A stretch of DNA of 64,000 bases from Eledone cirrhosa (taxonomy: Eukaryota): the NCBI GenBank assembly GCA_964016885.1, contig OZ024757.1, positions 19,096,001-19,160,000 of the forward strand, in the 5' to 3' direction. Made by a program: the position numbers and the translations under genes. Shown in pieces: positions 13,812 through 28,700 of the stretch. Below the pieces are notes generated by a model that was not told where the DNA came from, did not search any database, and saw nothing but the letters and a program-made list of their open reading frames with translations. The stretch's first letter is position 1; every line of letters starts with the position of its first letter.

Positions 13812-16040
13812 ACACTGGATATAGTCACAAACTCTGGATATAGTCACCAACTGTGATATATACACTGGATATATTGTCACCATCTGTGATATATACTGGA
13901 TATAGTCACCATGTTATATATACTGGATATAGTCACTACCATGCTATATACTGGATATAGTCACCAACATGATATATACTGGATATAGTCACCAACATGA
14001 TATATACTGGATATAGTCACCAACATGATATATACTGGATATAGTCACCAACATGTTATATACTGGATATAATCACCAACATGTTATATACTGGATACAG
14101 TCACCAACATGTTATATATACTGGATATAGTCACCAACATGTTATATACTGGATACAGTCACCAACATGTTATATATACTGGATATAATCACCAACATGT
14201 TATATACTGGATATAGTCACCAACATGATATATACTGGATATAATCACCAACATGTTATATACTGGATACAGTCACCAACATGTTATATATACTGGATAT
14301 AGTCACCAACATGTTATATATACTGGATATAGTCACCAACATGTTATATACTGGATACAGTTACCAACATGATATATACTGGATATAGTCACCATGTTAT
14401 ATATACTGGATATTGTCACTACCATGTTATATACTGGATATAGTCACCATGTTATATATACTGGATATAGTCACCAACATGATATATAATGGATATAGTC
14501 ACCAACATGATATATACTGGATATAGTCACTACCACGATATATACTGGATATAGTCACCAACTGTGATATATAATGGATATTGTCACTACCATGATATAT
14601 ACTGGATATAGTCACCAACATGATATATACTGGATATAATCACCAACATGTTATATACTGGATATAGTCACCAATGTGATATATACTGGATATAGTCACC
14701 AACATGTTATATACTGGATATAGTCACCAACATGTTATATACTGGATACAGTCACCAACATGATATATACTGGATATAATCACCAACATGTTATATACTG
14801 GATATAGTCACCATGTTATATATACTGGATATAATCACCAACATGTTATATACTGGATATAGTCACCAACATGTTATATACTGGATACAGTCACCAACAT
14901 GTTATATATACTGGATATAGTCACTACCTTGTTATATATACTGGATATAGTCACCAACATGTTATATACTGGATATAGTCACCAACATGATATATACTGG
15001 ATATTGTCACCAACTGTGATATATACTGGATATAGTCACTACCATGATATATACTGGATATAGTCACTACCATGATATATACTAGATACAGTCACCAACA
15101 TGATATATACTGGATATAGTCACCAACATGTTATATATACTAGATACAGTCACCAACATGTTATATACTGGATATAGTTACCAACTGTGATATATACTGG
15201 ATATAGTCACTACCATGATATATACTGGATACAGTCACCAACATCATATATACTGGATATAGTCACCAACATGTTATATACTGGATATCGTCACCAACTG
15301 TGATATATACTGGATATAGTCACCAACATGATATATACTGGATACAGTCACCAACATCATATATACTGGATATAGTCACTACGATGTTATATACTGGATA
15401 TAGTCACTACCATGCTATATACTGGATATTGTAACCAACTGTGATATATAATGGATATAGTCACTACCTTGTTATATACTGGATATAGTCACCAACTGTG
15501 ATATATACTGGATATAGTCACCAACATGATATATACTGGATATAGTCACCAACTGTGATATGTAATGGATATAGCCACTACCATGTTATATACTGGATAT
15601 AGTCACTACCATGTTATATACTGGATATAGTCACCAACATGATATATAATGGATATAGTCACCAACATGATATATACTGGATATTGTCACTACCACGATA
15701 TATACTGGATATAGTCACCAACTGTGATATATAATGGATATAGTCACCAACATGATATATACTGGATATAGTCACTACCACGATATATACAGGTTATAGT
15801 CACCAAATGTGATATTTAATGGATATAGTCACTACCATGATATATACTGGATATAGTCACTACCATGTTATATATACTGGATATAGTCACCAACTGTGAT
15901 ATATACTGGATATAGTCACTACCATGTTATATACTGGATACAGTCACTACCTTGTTATATACTGGATACAGTCATCAACTGTGATATATACTGGATATAG
16001 TCACTACCTTTTTATATACTGGATATTGTCACCAACTGTG
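13812..16040. repeat. ~29-bp minisatellite
   Basis: TATATACTGGATATAGTCACCAACATG(T/A) units over 2.2 kb. Confidence 0.95.
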
Positions 16041-16404
16041 ACATCACTATACAACACACATACAGAAGAGAGCTATAAATGTAAAAATATACACACACAC
16101 AAGAGATGTCAACATGAATGGACCTGTTATTTTTATCTAAAGACATTTTTTTCCAATTCTACCCTGCCCGACCCCTCAATCTATCTTATTTCTCATTCTT
16201 TCTTCTGATGAAGGACTAGCGTCCGAAACGTTAGGACCCTCTTCCTGCTATTTCAAGCGCTAACCTAATATATTCCTTCCATATACTGTACCGATTGTGT
16301 TGTTATTTCTGTTTACCTTTTACATACATATATATATATATATATACACACACACATAATACACATACACACACATATACATACATATAAATATACATAC
16401 ATAT

Positions 16405-16940
16405 GTTGTAATGTGGCCGTGTAGGTAACACGGTAAAAACCTCCCAATCCACACTGTAAACGTGGTTGGTGTTAGGAAGGGCATCCAGCCGTAGAAAACC
16501 CGCCAGATGTGTAGGTGTCACGACACAAAAACACACAGTCCACGCTGTAATGTGGCCGTGTAGGTAACACGGTAAAAACCTCCCAGTTCCACACTGTAAA
16601 CATGGTTGGTGTTAGGAAGGGCATCCAGCCGTAGAAAACCTGCCAGATGTGTAGGTGTCACGACACAAAAACACACAGTCCACGCTGTAATGTGGCCGTG
16701 TAGGTAACACGGTAAAAACCTCCCAGTCCACACTGTAAACATGGTTGGTGTTAGGAAGGGCATCCAGCCGTAGAAAACCCGCCAGATGTGTAGGTGTCAC
16801 GACACAAAAACACACAGTACACGCTATCCTATGCCAGACAGTCCTATGCGAGCAAGACAACCACTCTTGCCTCAAGTGGGAAAACTTCCATCCAAACCCA
16901 TGCAAGCGTGGAATATGGACGTTAAACGATGATGATGATG
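16405..16940 (+). mobile_element. RTE 3' UTR fragment with ~139-bp internal triplication
   Basis: TGTAATGTGGCCGTGTAGGTAACACGG recurs at about 16408, 16546 and 16686, then the standard tail and (GAT)n. Confidence 0.75.
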
Positions 16941-16941
16941 A

Positions 16942-16972
<31 letters not shown>

Positions 16973-16990
16973 TTTACACGCACACACATA

Positions 16991-17077
<87 letters not shown>

Positions 17078-17234
17078 CATACACACACACACACACATAC
17101 ATACATATATATATATTCACACACACATATACACACATACACATATACACATTCACATACACACTTTCTCTCCACCACCCTTCCTCTGCAACAAACCTCC
17201 TCAGTATTCCACCCTCACTCATCACATTGTTCTA

Positions 17235-17887
17235 TCTAACCATCTAGCTATCAAGTTATTTAGCCACCTAACCAGATAACCATCTAGTTATCTAACCATC
17301 TAACCATCTAACCACATAACCATCGAGCCATCTAACCACATAACCATCTAGCCACATGACCATCTAACCATCGAGCCATCTAACCACATAACCATCTAGC
17401 CATCAAACCATCTAGCCATCGAGCCATCTAACCACATAACCATCTAGCCACATGACCTTCTAACCATCTAACCACATAACCATCTAGCCACATGACCTTC
17501 TCACCATCTAACCATCGAGCCATCTAACCACATAACCATCTAACCATCTAACCATCGAGCCATCTAACCACATAACCATCTAGCCACATGACCATCTAAC
17601 CATCTAGCCATCTAACCATCGAGCCATCTAACCACATAACCATCTAGCCACATGACCATCTAACCATCGAGCCATCTAACTATCAAGCCATCTCACCACA
17701 TAACCATCTAGCCACATGACCATCTAACCATCGAGCCATCTCACCACATAACCATCTAGCTACATGACCATCTAACTATCTCACCATCTCACCATCTAGC
17801 CACATAACTATCTAACCATCTAGTTATTTAGCCATCTAACCATCTAGTTATCTAGCCATCTAGCCATCTCACCACATATCTAACCAT
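17235..17887. repeat. 8-bp-based degenerate minisatellite (TAACCATC/TAGCCACA)
   Basis: Direct reading. Confidence 0.9.
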
Positions 17888-17996
17888 GCTTCAGTGAATA
17901 TAAACAATACTTACATACAAATAGATTCTGACACAACAGCCACACATTTTTTATATATTTTCCATCATTTGTTTATATTTAGAGACATATATTTAT

Positions 17997-18044
<48 letters not shown>

Positions 18045-18215
18045 TTACTTACATTTATATACACAGCACACACGCACACACGCACATATACAGATACACA
18101 CACACGCACACACATATATATAATGATAATGATGATGATGATGATGATGATGGTCATTATCATCATCAGACGTTAAACGATGATGATGATGATGATGATA
18201 TATATACAGTTACAT

Positions 18216-18252
<37 letters not shown>

Positions 18253-18368
18253 CACATACATACAAATATAACACTTATATACATTTTGCATACCAAACGT
18301 CATCATCATCATCAGACGTTAAACGATGATGATGATGATGATATATATACAGTTACATACACACATTT

Positions 18369-18415
<47 letters not shown>

Positions 18416-18579
18416 CATACAAATATAACACTTATATACATTTTGCATACCAAACGTTTTTGTGGCTCAAAAAAATATCCAACTCTTTCAGAGGCTGTAA
18501 AATATATCAAGTTTGTACACACAGACACACAGATACACACACATACACACACACACATACACACACACGTGTTTGTGTG

Positions 18580-18615
<36 letters not shown>

Positions 18616-18949
18616 TGTTTCTACTTTAGGCACAAGGCCAGCAATTACCCAGTGCATTACTGGTACTTTATTTTATCGACCCCGTAAGGATGAAAGGCAA
18701 AGTTAACCGTGATATAATCAAAATAATAATAATAATAATTGTTTCTACTTTTAGCACAAGGCCAGCAATTACCCAGTACATTACTGGTACTTTATTTTAT
18801 CGACCCCGTAAGGATGAAAGGCAAAGTTAACCTCGGTGGGATTTGAACTCAGATCACAAAGGGACGTAACTATGCTAGAAAGCATGGCGTCCGACCCTCT
18901 ACCGATACTGCCAATCTACCGCCCTTATAATAATAATAATAATAATAAT

Positions 18950-19515
18950 AATGAAAATTATTGTGTACAGTGTTCAGGTGCACTACAACTCATCAAAGGT
19001 GCATGTATAGTACATAGAATACTGTACAAATGTCAGGAAAGTGAACAGTGTATGAGTCGTGATATAATATAAATTATTGTGTACAGTGCTCAGGTGCACT
19101 ACAACTAATCAAAGGTGCATGTATAGTACATAGAATAATGTAGACATGTCAGGAAAGTGAACAGTGTATGAGTCTTGATATACACACAGATACATGCGTG
19201 TGTGCGTGTGTACGGAGGGGGAATATCAGTTGTAATGTTGGCGAATTTTAGGAAGCATGGAAGTTTCGAAGGATGCAGTGTCCCAGCAGCTAACAACTGA
19301 TGCAGGTAGTTTGTTCCATGCTTCAGCAACTCTGGGCATGGAAAAAAAAAATGTTTCTGAAAGTCATGGGATCTCTGCTGTTTTCTGACTTTGTAAGCAT
19401 GTCCGCATGTGTTAGACACGTGGAATTCCAAAAGGTGCTGAGGGTTGTTGTTGGAAAGATGGTTAATAATTTTGTGGGTGTTTACCAAGTCATTTGCCAG
19501 ACGTCGGAGCTTCAA
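18950..19515 (-). mobile_element. CR1-group LINE 3' fragment (degraded) with duplicated 3' UTR
   Basis: LRRLANDLVNTHKII...TCGHAYKVRK...FQKHFF and, frameshifted, AWNKLPASVV; typical CR1-type ORF2 C-terminus. A matching UTR copy lies at about 13500-13655 (+). Confidence 0.7.
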
Positions 19516-21489
19516 TGTGTGTGTGTATAGGGGTTTTCGTAGTCTGATCTGGTGAAACATGCATTCTCTAGTATGGTTTATTAATTTGTTGTGGAGCTAA
19601 CTTTATACCGAATTTGTCCTTTGGACTTGAGTGCTCTACTCTACCAACTAGGGATATAACCTCCTGGTTTTTTTACCACTGGATGGTAAGATGAATGCAA
19701 CGTGAAATAGAGTGTCTTGCTCAAGGACATAACACATCGCCCGGTCCAGGAATCGAACTCACAACCTCACAATTGCGAATCCAATTCTCTAACCACTCAG
19801 CCACACGCCTTCATATGTATATATATATTTTGGTCGTATTTTCTCTTTATATATATATACACACATATATATATATATATATATAAAGAGAAAATACGAC
19901 CAAAATATATATATATATATGAAGGCGTGTATATATATATCTATATACACATATATATATATATATATATATATTACGATAAATTAACGGAGCCATAGAC
20001 TCTCGCTATTCTGGTGTGTTATCTTTTCTACATATTGTATTATATATGTATATAATACAATATGTAGAAAAGATAACACACCAGAATATATTCATTTCAT
20101 CATCATTTCATTTTACGTCCACTTTTCCCTGCTTGCAAGGGTGGGACGGGAACTGATTCTGGCTTGATTTCTACAGCTGGATGCCCTTCCTAACACCAAC
20201 CTCATTTACAGTAAATGCCGGGTGCTTTTTTGCCGTGGCACCTCCACGACCACTTTGCAGTGGAATGATAGGGACCCCAGTCCCTATCATCTCATTTCTA
20301 CAGCTGAGTAAACTGGAGCAATGTGAAATAAAGTGTCTTGCTCAAGGAAACAACACATCACGCGGTCTGAGAATTGAACTCACAACCTTTCGATTACAAG
20401 GCCAATGCTCTAACCACTAAGCCATGTGCCTCCATATATATTTATATATATATATATGTGTGTGTGTGTGGAGGCATGTGGCACCAGCCAAATAAGCCTT
20501 CTGGCTTAAGATAGACTTGATATATATATATTAAGAGAAAATACAATCAAAATTCTTGAAACTCTGTGAATTTGTTTACAAGTGTTTCAAAGGATAAGAT
20601 CACAATTCAATCTATAAACGTAGATACTATCAATATTTTAATTAATAGATATATCTGTTAAGAGCAAATCTTGAGAGGAACCTCTTCCTCAGAACCTACA
20701 AACAAATTTCAAAGAATATGTTACTTAGGGACATATATATATATCATTCATCATTCATCATTTCATTTTACGTCCGCTTTTTCCTTGCTTGCAAGGGTGG
20801 GACGGGAACTGATTCTGGCTTGATTTCTACAGCTGGATGCCCTTCCTAACACCAACCTCATTTACAGTAAATGCCGGGTGCTTTTTTGCCGTGGCACCTC
20901 CACGACCACTTTGCAGTGGAATGATATGGACCCCAGTCCCTATCATCTCATTTCTACAGCTGAGTAAACTGGAGCAATGTGAAATAAAGTGTCTTGCTCA
21001 AGGAAACAACACATCACCCGGTCTGAGAATTGAACTCACAACCTTTCGATTGCAAGGCCAATGCTCTAACCACTAAGCCACGTGCCTCCACATATATATA
21101 TATATATATGTGTGTGTATGTATATAAAAGGTAAACAGAAATAACAACACAATCGGTACAGTATATGGAAGGGATATATTAGGTTAATACTTGAAATAGC
21201 AAGAAGAGGGTCTTAACGTTTCAGATGCTAGTCCTTCATCAGAAGAAAGAATGAGAAATAAGATAGATTGAGGGGACGGGCGGGATGGAATTGGAAAAAA
21301 TGTCTTTAGATAAAAATATCAGGTCATTCATGTTGACATCTCTCTCTCTTTATATATATTATCATCATCATCACTTTACGTCCTCTTTTCCCTGCTTGCA
21401 AGGGTTGAACGGGTGCTATTCAGCACAGCATCTCTCCATATATATATATATATGGTGAAATTCCATTATAACGAAATTCAGGGGGTATA

Positions 21490-22072
21490 AGATGGAAACC
21501 GCAGAGTGGGGAGACCCAAGAAGACCTAGGATGAGGTGATAAAAGCCGACCTTACCCAATTACACCTCTCAAAGGCGATGACACACGACCGTGACCTCTG
21601 GCGTCACGCAGTAATACAGAAGACCCGACACACACACATACACCCCACGGGTACAAGCCGAAGCTGAAGCATATAGACAATATGCCCCCACCCCTCCCAC
21701 TGCAAAGTGGTCGTGGAGGCGCCACGGCAAAAAAAGCACCCATCCCACACTGTAAAATGGACGTAGAGGTGCCACAGCAAAAAAGCACCCAGCCCACACT
21801 GTAAAGTGGACATGTAGGCACCACGGAATAAAAGCACCCAGCCCACACTGTAAAGTGGACGTGTAGGCGCCACGGAATAAAAGCACCCAGCATTCACGGT
21901 AAATGAGGTTGGTGTTAGGAAGGGCATCCAGCTGTAGAAATCAAGCCAGAATCAGTTCCTGTATGAGCAAGGCATGGTCAGCCGACCAGACACTGCCCAC
22001 AACAGGAACAACACGTCTAACCCATGCTAGCGTGGAAGAACGGACGTAAAACGGTGATGATGATGATGATGG
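21490..22072 (+). mobile_element. RTE subfamily 3' fragment with internal ~50-bp repeats
   Basis: Encodes DGNRRVGRPKKT*DEVIKADLTQLHLSKAMTHDRDLWRHAV; UTR contains GGTTGGTGTTAGGAAGGGCATCCAGCTGTAGAAA; (GAT)n tail. Confidence 0.8.
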
Positions 22073-22779
22073 TGATAAGAAAAAAATTTGTTATAATGGT
22101 ATTTGTTATAAGGGAATTTTACTTGTATTATATAATATTATATTATATTATATAATAATTATATATAGGGCGGGGGATTGGCAGAATCGGTAGAGGTTCG
22201 GACGCCATGCTTTCTAGCATAGTTACGTCCCTTTACAGTCTGAGTTCAAACCCCGCTGAGGTTGACTTTGCCTTTCATCCTTACGGGGTCGATAAAATAA
22301 AGTACCAGTAATGCACTGGATAATTGCTGGCCTTGTGCCTAAAGTAGAAACAATTATATTATATAATAAAATACCAGTAATACACTGGGATAATTGCTGG
22401 CCTTGTGCCTATTGTAGAAACAATTATATTATATTTTATAATAAAGTACCAGTAATGTACTGTGGTCAATTTAATCGACTTTCTCTCCCCCCCCCCCCCC
22501 ATTACTGGCCTTGTGCCTATACTAGAAATCATTATATATATATTTTATTATTAAGGGCGGTGGATTGGCAGTATAGGTAGATGGTCGGACGCCATGCAAT
22601 GCAGCATCGAGTTACGGCCCTTGCCATTCTGAGTTCAAATCCCGCCAAGGTTAACTTTGCCTTTCATCCTTACGGGGTCGATAAAATAAAGTACCAGTAA
22701 TGTACTGGAGACAATTGCTGGCCTTGTGCCTAAAAGTAGAAACAATTATATTATATTTTATTATATTTTTATCATTTTT

Positions 22780-23330
22780 ATGACAACAATGTTGATGATG
22801 ATGATGATGATGATGACAGTGATGATGATGATGATGTTATTGATGATGATGTTGACAATGATGATGTTATTGATGATGGTGTTGACAGTGATGACGATGA
22901 TGATGTTATTGATGATGACAGTGATGATGATGATGATGTTGACAGTGATGATGATGATGATGTTGACAGTGGTGATGATGATGATGTTGACAGTGATGAC
23001 GATGATGATGTTGACAGTGATGATGATGACAGTGATGACGATGATGATGTTGACAGTGATGACGATGATGATGTTGACAGTGATGACGATGATGTTGATG
23101 ATGATGTTGATGATGATGATGATGTTGACAGTGATGATAATGATGATGTTGATGATGACGATGATGATGATGATGTTGACAGTGATGATGGTGTTGATGA
23201 TGACGATGACTGATGATGAGTGTGATGATGGTGTTGACAGTGATGACGAAGATGGTGTTGATGATGAGTGTGATGATGGTGATGATGATGATGATGATGA
23301 CGACAGTGATGATGATGTTGATGATGATGA
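22780..23330. repeat. Degenerate trinucleotide satellites
   Basis: (GAT)n here and at 57340-58265; (GGT)n at 3850-4380, 9470-9955, 52800-53835; (CAC)n at 40985-41755, 58515-59390; (GTA/GGT)n at 29690-29975; TTCA-rich at 25250-25815; (CAGA)n at 25935-26160. Confidence 0.9.
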
Positions 23331-23414
23331 TTGCATGAGAAGAGAATTTCTCTGTAATTATTTTGCCTATTGATGTCACGTTGATAATGGCATTGAAGTG
23401 GTAGGAGGAGGAGG

Positions 23415-24350
23415 AGAGAGAGAAGGGGAGGTGGACGGGAGAGAGAGAGAAGGGGAGGTGGACGGGAGAGAGAAGGGGAGGTGGACGGGAGAGAGAGGGG
23501 GGTGGACGGGAGAGAGAGAGAGGGGGGAGGTGGACGGGAGAGAGAGATGGGGAGGTGGACGGGAGAGAGAGAAGGGGAGGTGGACGGGAGAGAGAGATGG
23601 GGAGGTGGACGGGAGAGAGAGATGGGGAGGTGGACGGGAGAGAGAGAAGGGGAGGTGGACGGGAGAGAGAGATGGGGAGGTGGACGGGAGAGAGAGATGG
23701 GGAGGTGGACGGGAGAGAGAGAGAGGGGGTGGACGGGAGAGAGAAGGGGAGGTGGACGGGAGAGAGAGATGGGGAGGTGGACGGGAGAGAGAGAAGGGGA
23801 GGTGGACGGGAGAGAGAGATGGGGAGGTGGACGGGAGAGAGAGATGGGGAGGTGGACGGGAGAGAGAGAGAGGGGGTGGACGGGAGAGAGAGAAGGGGAG
23901 GTGGACGGGAGAGAGAGATGGGGAGGTGGACGGGAGAGAGAGATGGGGAGGTGGACGGGAGAGAGAGATGGGGAGGTGGACGGGAGAGAGAGATGGGGAG
24001 GTGGACGGGAGAGAGAGAGAGGGGGTGGACGGGAGAGAGAAGGGGAGGTGGACGGGAGAGAGAGATGGGGAGGTGGACGGGAGAGAGAGAAGGGGAGGTG
24101 GACGGGAGAGAGAGATGGGGAGGTGGACGGGAGAGAGAGATGGGGAGGTGGACGGGAGAGAGAGAGAGGGGGTGGACGGGAGAGAGAGAAGGGGAGGTGG
24201 ACGGGAGAGAGAGATGGGGAGGTGGACGGGAGAGAGAGATGGGGAGGTGGACGGGAGAGAGAGAGAGGGGGTGGACGGGAGAGAGAAGGGGAGGTGGACG
24301 GGAGAGAGAGAAGGGGAGGTGGACGGAAGAGGGAGAGGGGTCGGGAGAGA
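23415..24350. repeat. ~26-bp purine-rich minisatellite
   Basis: GGGGAGGTGGACGGGAGAGAGAGA(T/A) units. Confidence 0.95.
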
Positions 24351-24598
24351 GAGAAAGAAAGTATATATATATCATCATCATTTTACGTCCGCTTTTCCCT
24401 GCTTGTATATGTATGTATAAAGACGGATATATATACAGTGTGTATATATATATATATACACAGTGTATATATATATATATATATGCCAGACAGTCCTATG
24501 CGAGCAAGACAATCACTCTTGCCTCAAGTGGGACTACCCCCGTCCAAACCCATGCAAGCGTGGAACACGGACGTTAAACGTTGATGATGATGATATAT

Positions 24599-24665
24599 AG
24601 GGTCGTCAAGTATGAAATTTGTAGAAAAAAAACAAATTTCTACACATTTCATACTTGACGACCCT
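24599..24665. mobile_element. Tiny TA-flanked palindromic MITE
   Basis: TIR AGGGTCGTCAAGTATGAAAT / ATTTCATACTTGACGACCCT; second copy at 45486-45553. Confidence 0.65.
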
Positions 24666-24694
24666 ATATATATATATATATATATATACACTGC

Positions 24695-24727
<33 letters not shown>

Positions 24728-26579
24728 ACATGAAAGTATATATATATGAGAAGGAAAGATAGAGAGAGGGATGTATATGTATGAGATAGATAGATAGAGA
24801 GAAGGTGTAAGGAGAGAAAGAGAGAGAGGAGGGGTGTGGAGTGAAAGAGAAAGAGGGGACGGTGTTAGGAGAGAAAGAGAGAGAGGGGTGGTTAGGAGAG
24901 AAAGAGAGAAAGAAAGGTGTAAGAGGAGAGGGAGAGGAGGGGTGTTAGGAGAGAAAGAGAGAGAGAGAAGGTGTAAGGAGAGAAAGAGAGAGAGGAGGGT
25001 TTTAAAGAGAGAAAGATAAAGGGAGGGCGGTGTAAGGAGAGAAAGAGTGGGGGGGGGGGTTAAGGAGAGAAAGAAAGAAAGAGAGAACGCATAAGGAGAG
25101 AAAGAAGGTGAAAGGTGAAAATGGAAGACATAAAAGTGCAGAAGACTTGATGGAATGACGCCAACTGCAATATAATCTGCAGCAATGTGAAATTATTTGG
25201 TGTCATTTGTGTCACAATGTTGCAGAGCTCTTTCACTCTTTTATGTAACTCATTCAGTAATTCTTTCATTCTGTCATTCACTCGTTCTTTCATTCATTTT
25301 CATTTACTCGTTCTGTCATTCTTTCGTTCTTTCATTCACCCAGTCGTTCTTTCATTTATTCTGTCATTCACTTGTTCTTCCATTAAGTCATTCTTGCATT
25401 CATTGTCATTCACTCGTTCTTTCATTCATTCGTTTATTCTGTCATTCACTCGTTCTTTCGTTCATTCTGAAATTTAATCGTTCTTTCGTTTATTCTTTCA
25501 TTCGCTCATTCTTTCATTCATTCTTTCATTCACTCGTTCTTTCATTCATTCTGTCATTCACTCGTTCTTTCATTCATTCTGTCATTCACTCGTTCTGTCT
25601 TTCATTCAGTCATTCACTCGTTTATTCTGTCATTCACTCATTCTTTCATTCACTCTGTCATTCACTCTGCCATTCACTTGTTCTTTTATTCATTGTCATT
25701 CACTCGTTCTTTCATTTATTCTGTCTTTCTTTCATTCACTTGTTTTTTCATTTATTCACTCATTGTTTTGTTAACTCATTCTCTCAGTCAACATTCACTT
25801 ATTCTGTCATTCTGTCAATCCTTCATATTGACATCCTTCGTGCCATCAATGGAATTTTTATTGGAATTTATCGAACTAAAAAGTCCTCTGATGTTGTTGT
25901 TGTTGTTGTTGTTGCCTGTGAGAGAAACTGAGTGTCAGACAGACAGACACATGGACAGACAGACAGACAGATAAACAGAGGGACAGACAGACAGATGGAC
26001 AGACAGATAGACAGACAGATAGACAGAGGGACAGACAGACAGATGGACAGACAGACAGATAGATGGACAGACAGACAGACAGGCAGACAGACAGACAAAT
26101 AGACAGACAGAGACAGACAGACACACACACGCATACATGCGGACAGACAGACAGACAGATAGATGCATACACACACACACACATACATGGATAGACACAC
26201 ATGCACACATACACACACAAGCTGACAGACAGACACACACATACACACACACACACACACACATCCGGACAGATTCACACACACACACACACTGACACAC
26301 AGGCCGACAGACACTGAAAGCAGTAAAAGACCAGTGCTCCAGCATGGCCACAGTCGACTGAAAGCAGTAAAAGAATGCAAAAGTAATACACACCGTTAAA
26401 GAATGAATTAAATAATTCCCTCCCCCACCCCTCACACAATGGGTCTGGAAGCAGGAATAGGGGTGGGGGTGGGGATTTATTTTTGCTGATAAAATTAATT
26501 TATTAATCAATATATGACCGTATAAGTTTAAATCTATAAATCTATCAATATTATATATTGATTACCTCCCTTTTACTCT

Positions 26580-27665
26580 TTAACCCTTTCGATACCAACC
26601 CTGCCAAAAGCTGGTTCTGGTTCTATGAAATAAAACTTCCTATTTTAAAGGGTTCTTATTTTTAACCCCTTTGATATGAGTTAGGCCAAATCTGGCTCTG
26701 GTTCTATGAAATAAAACTCCCTATTTTAAAGGGTTCTTATTTTTAACCCCTTTGATACGAGTTAGGCCAAATCTGGTTCTGGTTCTATGAAATAAAACTC
26801 ACTATTTTAAAGGGTTCTTATTTTTAACCCCTGTGATACGAGTTAGGCCAAATCTGGTTCTGGTTCTATGAAATAAAACTCACTATTTTAAAGGGTTCTT
26901 ATTTTTAACCCCTTTGATATGAGTTAGGCCAAATATGGTTCTGGTTCTATGAAATAAAACTTCCTATTTTAAAGGGTTCTTATTTTTAACCCCTTTGATA
27001 TGAGTTAGGCCAAATCTGGTTCTGGTTCTATGAAATAAAACTCACTATTTTAAAGGGTTCTTACTTTTAACCCCTTTGATACGAGTTAGGCCAAATCTGG
27101 TTCTGGTTCTATGAAATAAAACTCACTATTTTAAAGGGTTCTTATTTTTAACCCCTTTGATACGAGTTAGGCCAAATATGGTTCTGGTTCTATGAAATAA
27201 AACTCACTATTTTAATGGGTTCTTATTTTTAACCCCTTTGATATGAGTTAGGCCAAATCTGGTTCTGGTTCTATGAAATAAAACTCACTATTTTAAAGGG
27301 TTCTTATTTTTAACCCCTTTGATATGAGTTAGACCAAATCTGGTTCTGGTTCTATGAAATAAAACTCCCTATTTTAAAGGGTTCTTATTTTTAACCCCTT
27401 TGATATGAGTTAGGCCAAATCTGGTTCTGGTTCTATGAAATAAAACTCCCTATTTTAAAGGGTTCTTATTTTTAACCCCTTTGATACAAGTTAGGCCAAA
27501 TCTGGTTCTGGTTCTATGAAATAAAACTCCCTATTTTAAAGGGTTCTTATTTTTAACCCCTTTGATACGAGTTAGGCCAAATCTGGCTCTGGTTCTATGA
27601 AATAAAACTCCCTATTTTAAAGGGTTCCTATTCAACCCTTTTGACACCAACACTGCCAAAACCAG
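26580..27665. repeat. 81-bp tandem repeat, about 13 copies
   Basis: TTCTATGAAATAAAAC at 26621 + 81n up to 27593; each unit contains TTAACCCCTTTGATA. Confidence 0.95.
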
Positions 27666-27749
27666 ACATTTTGAAGGGATCCTATTTGAATTAAAATCTT
27701 CCAATATAGTTTTATATAAGAAAAATATGTTAAGTTCCTATCTTAGTAA

Positions 27750-28700
27750 TGAAATAATTCATAATGTTAGTAAACCTCCCAAAAGTCTTCATTGAAATCC
27801 GGTTCTATTTCTATGAAATAAAACCATCCATTTTGAAAGTTACTTAATAATTATTTCTACTTTTGGCACAAGGCCAGCAAATACCCAGTACGTTACTGGT
27901 ACTTTATTTTATCGACCCCGTAAGGATGAAAGGCAAGAATGAAATAATTAGTAATGTTAGTAAACCTCCCAAAAGTTTTCATTGAAATCCGGTTCTATTT
28001 CTATGAAATAAAACCATCCATTTTGAAAGTTACTTAATAATTATTTCTACTTTTGGCACAAGGCCAGCAAATACCCAGTACATTACTGGTACTTTATTTT
28101 ATCGACCCCGTAAGGATGAAAGGCAAGAATGAAATAATTAGTAATGTTAGTAAACCTCCCAAAAGTTTTCATTGAAATCCGGTTCTATTTCTATGAAATA
28201 AAACCATCCATTTTGAAAGTTACTTAATAATTATTTCTACTTTTGGCACAAGGCCAGCAAATACCCAGTACATTACTGGTACTTTATTTTATCGACCCCG
28301 TAAGGATGAAAGGCAAGAATGAAATAATTAGTAATGTTAGTAAACCTCCCAAAAGTTTTCATTGAAATCCGGTTCTATTTCTATGAAATAAAACCATCCA
28401 TTTTGAAAGTTACTTAATAATTATTTCTACTTTTGGCACAAGGCCAGCAAATACCCAGTACATTACTGGTACTTTATTTTATCGACCCCGTAAGGATGAA
28501 AGGCAAGAACGAAATAATTAGTAATGTTAGTAAACCTCCCAAAAGTTTTCATTGAAATCCGGTTCTATTTCTATGAAATAAAACCATCCATTTTGAAAGT
28601 TACTGAATAATTATTTCTACTTTTGGCACAAGGCCAGCAAATACCCAGTACATTACTGGTACTTTATTTTATCGACCCTGCAAGGATGAAAGGCAAAGTT
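27750..28700. repeat. 190-bp tandem repeat x5 containing part of SINE family 2
   Basis: TAAACCTCCC at 27771, 27961, 28151, 28341 and 28531. Confidence 0.95.

Noticed and set aside
17235-17887. Telomere-like TAACC repeats
   Set aside because: Period is about 8 bp (TAACCATC) and degenerate; not TTAGGG or TTAGG arrays.
20181-20420. Recurrent 79-aa MPFLTPTSFTV... ORF suggesting a gene family
   Set aside because: Antisense reading of young SINE family 1 copies; the similarity reflects copy identity.
22726-24584. Poly-M/D/H and GRER/LSP-rich ORFs (also 40969, 52650, 57305, 58488)
   Set aside because: Simple-repeat translations open on both strands.
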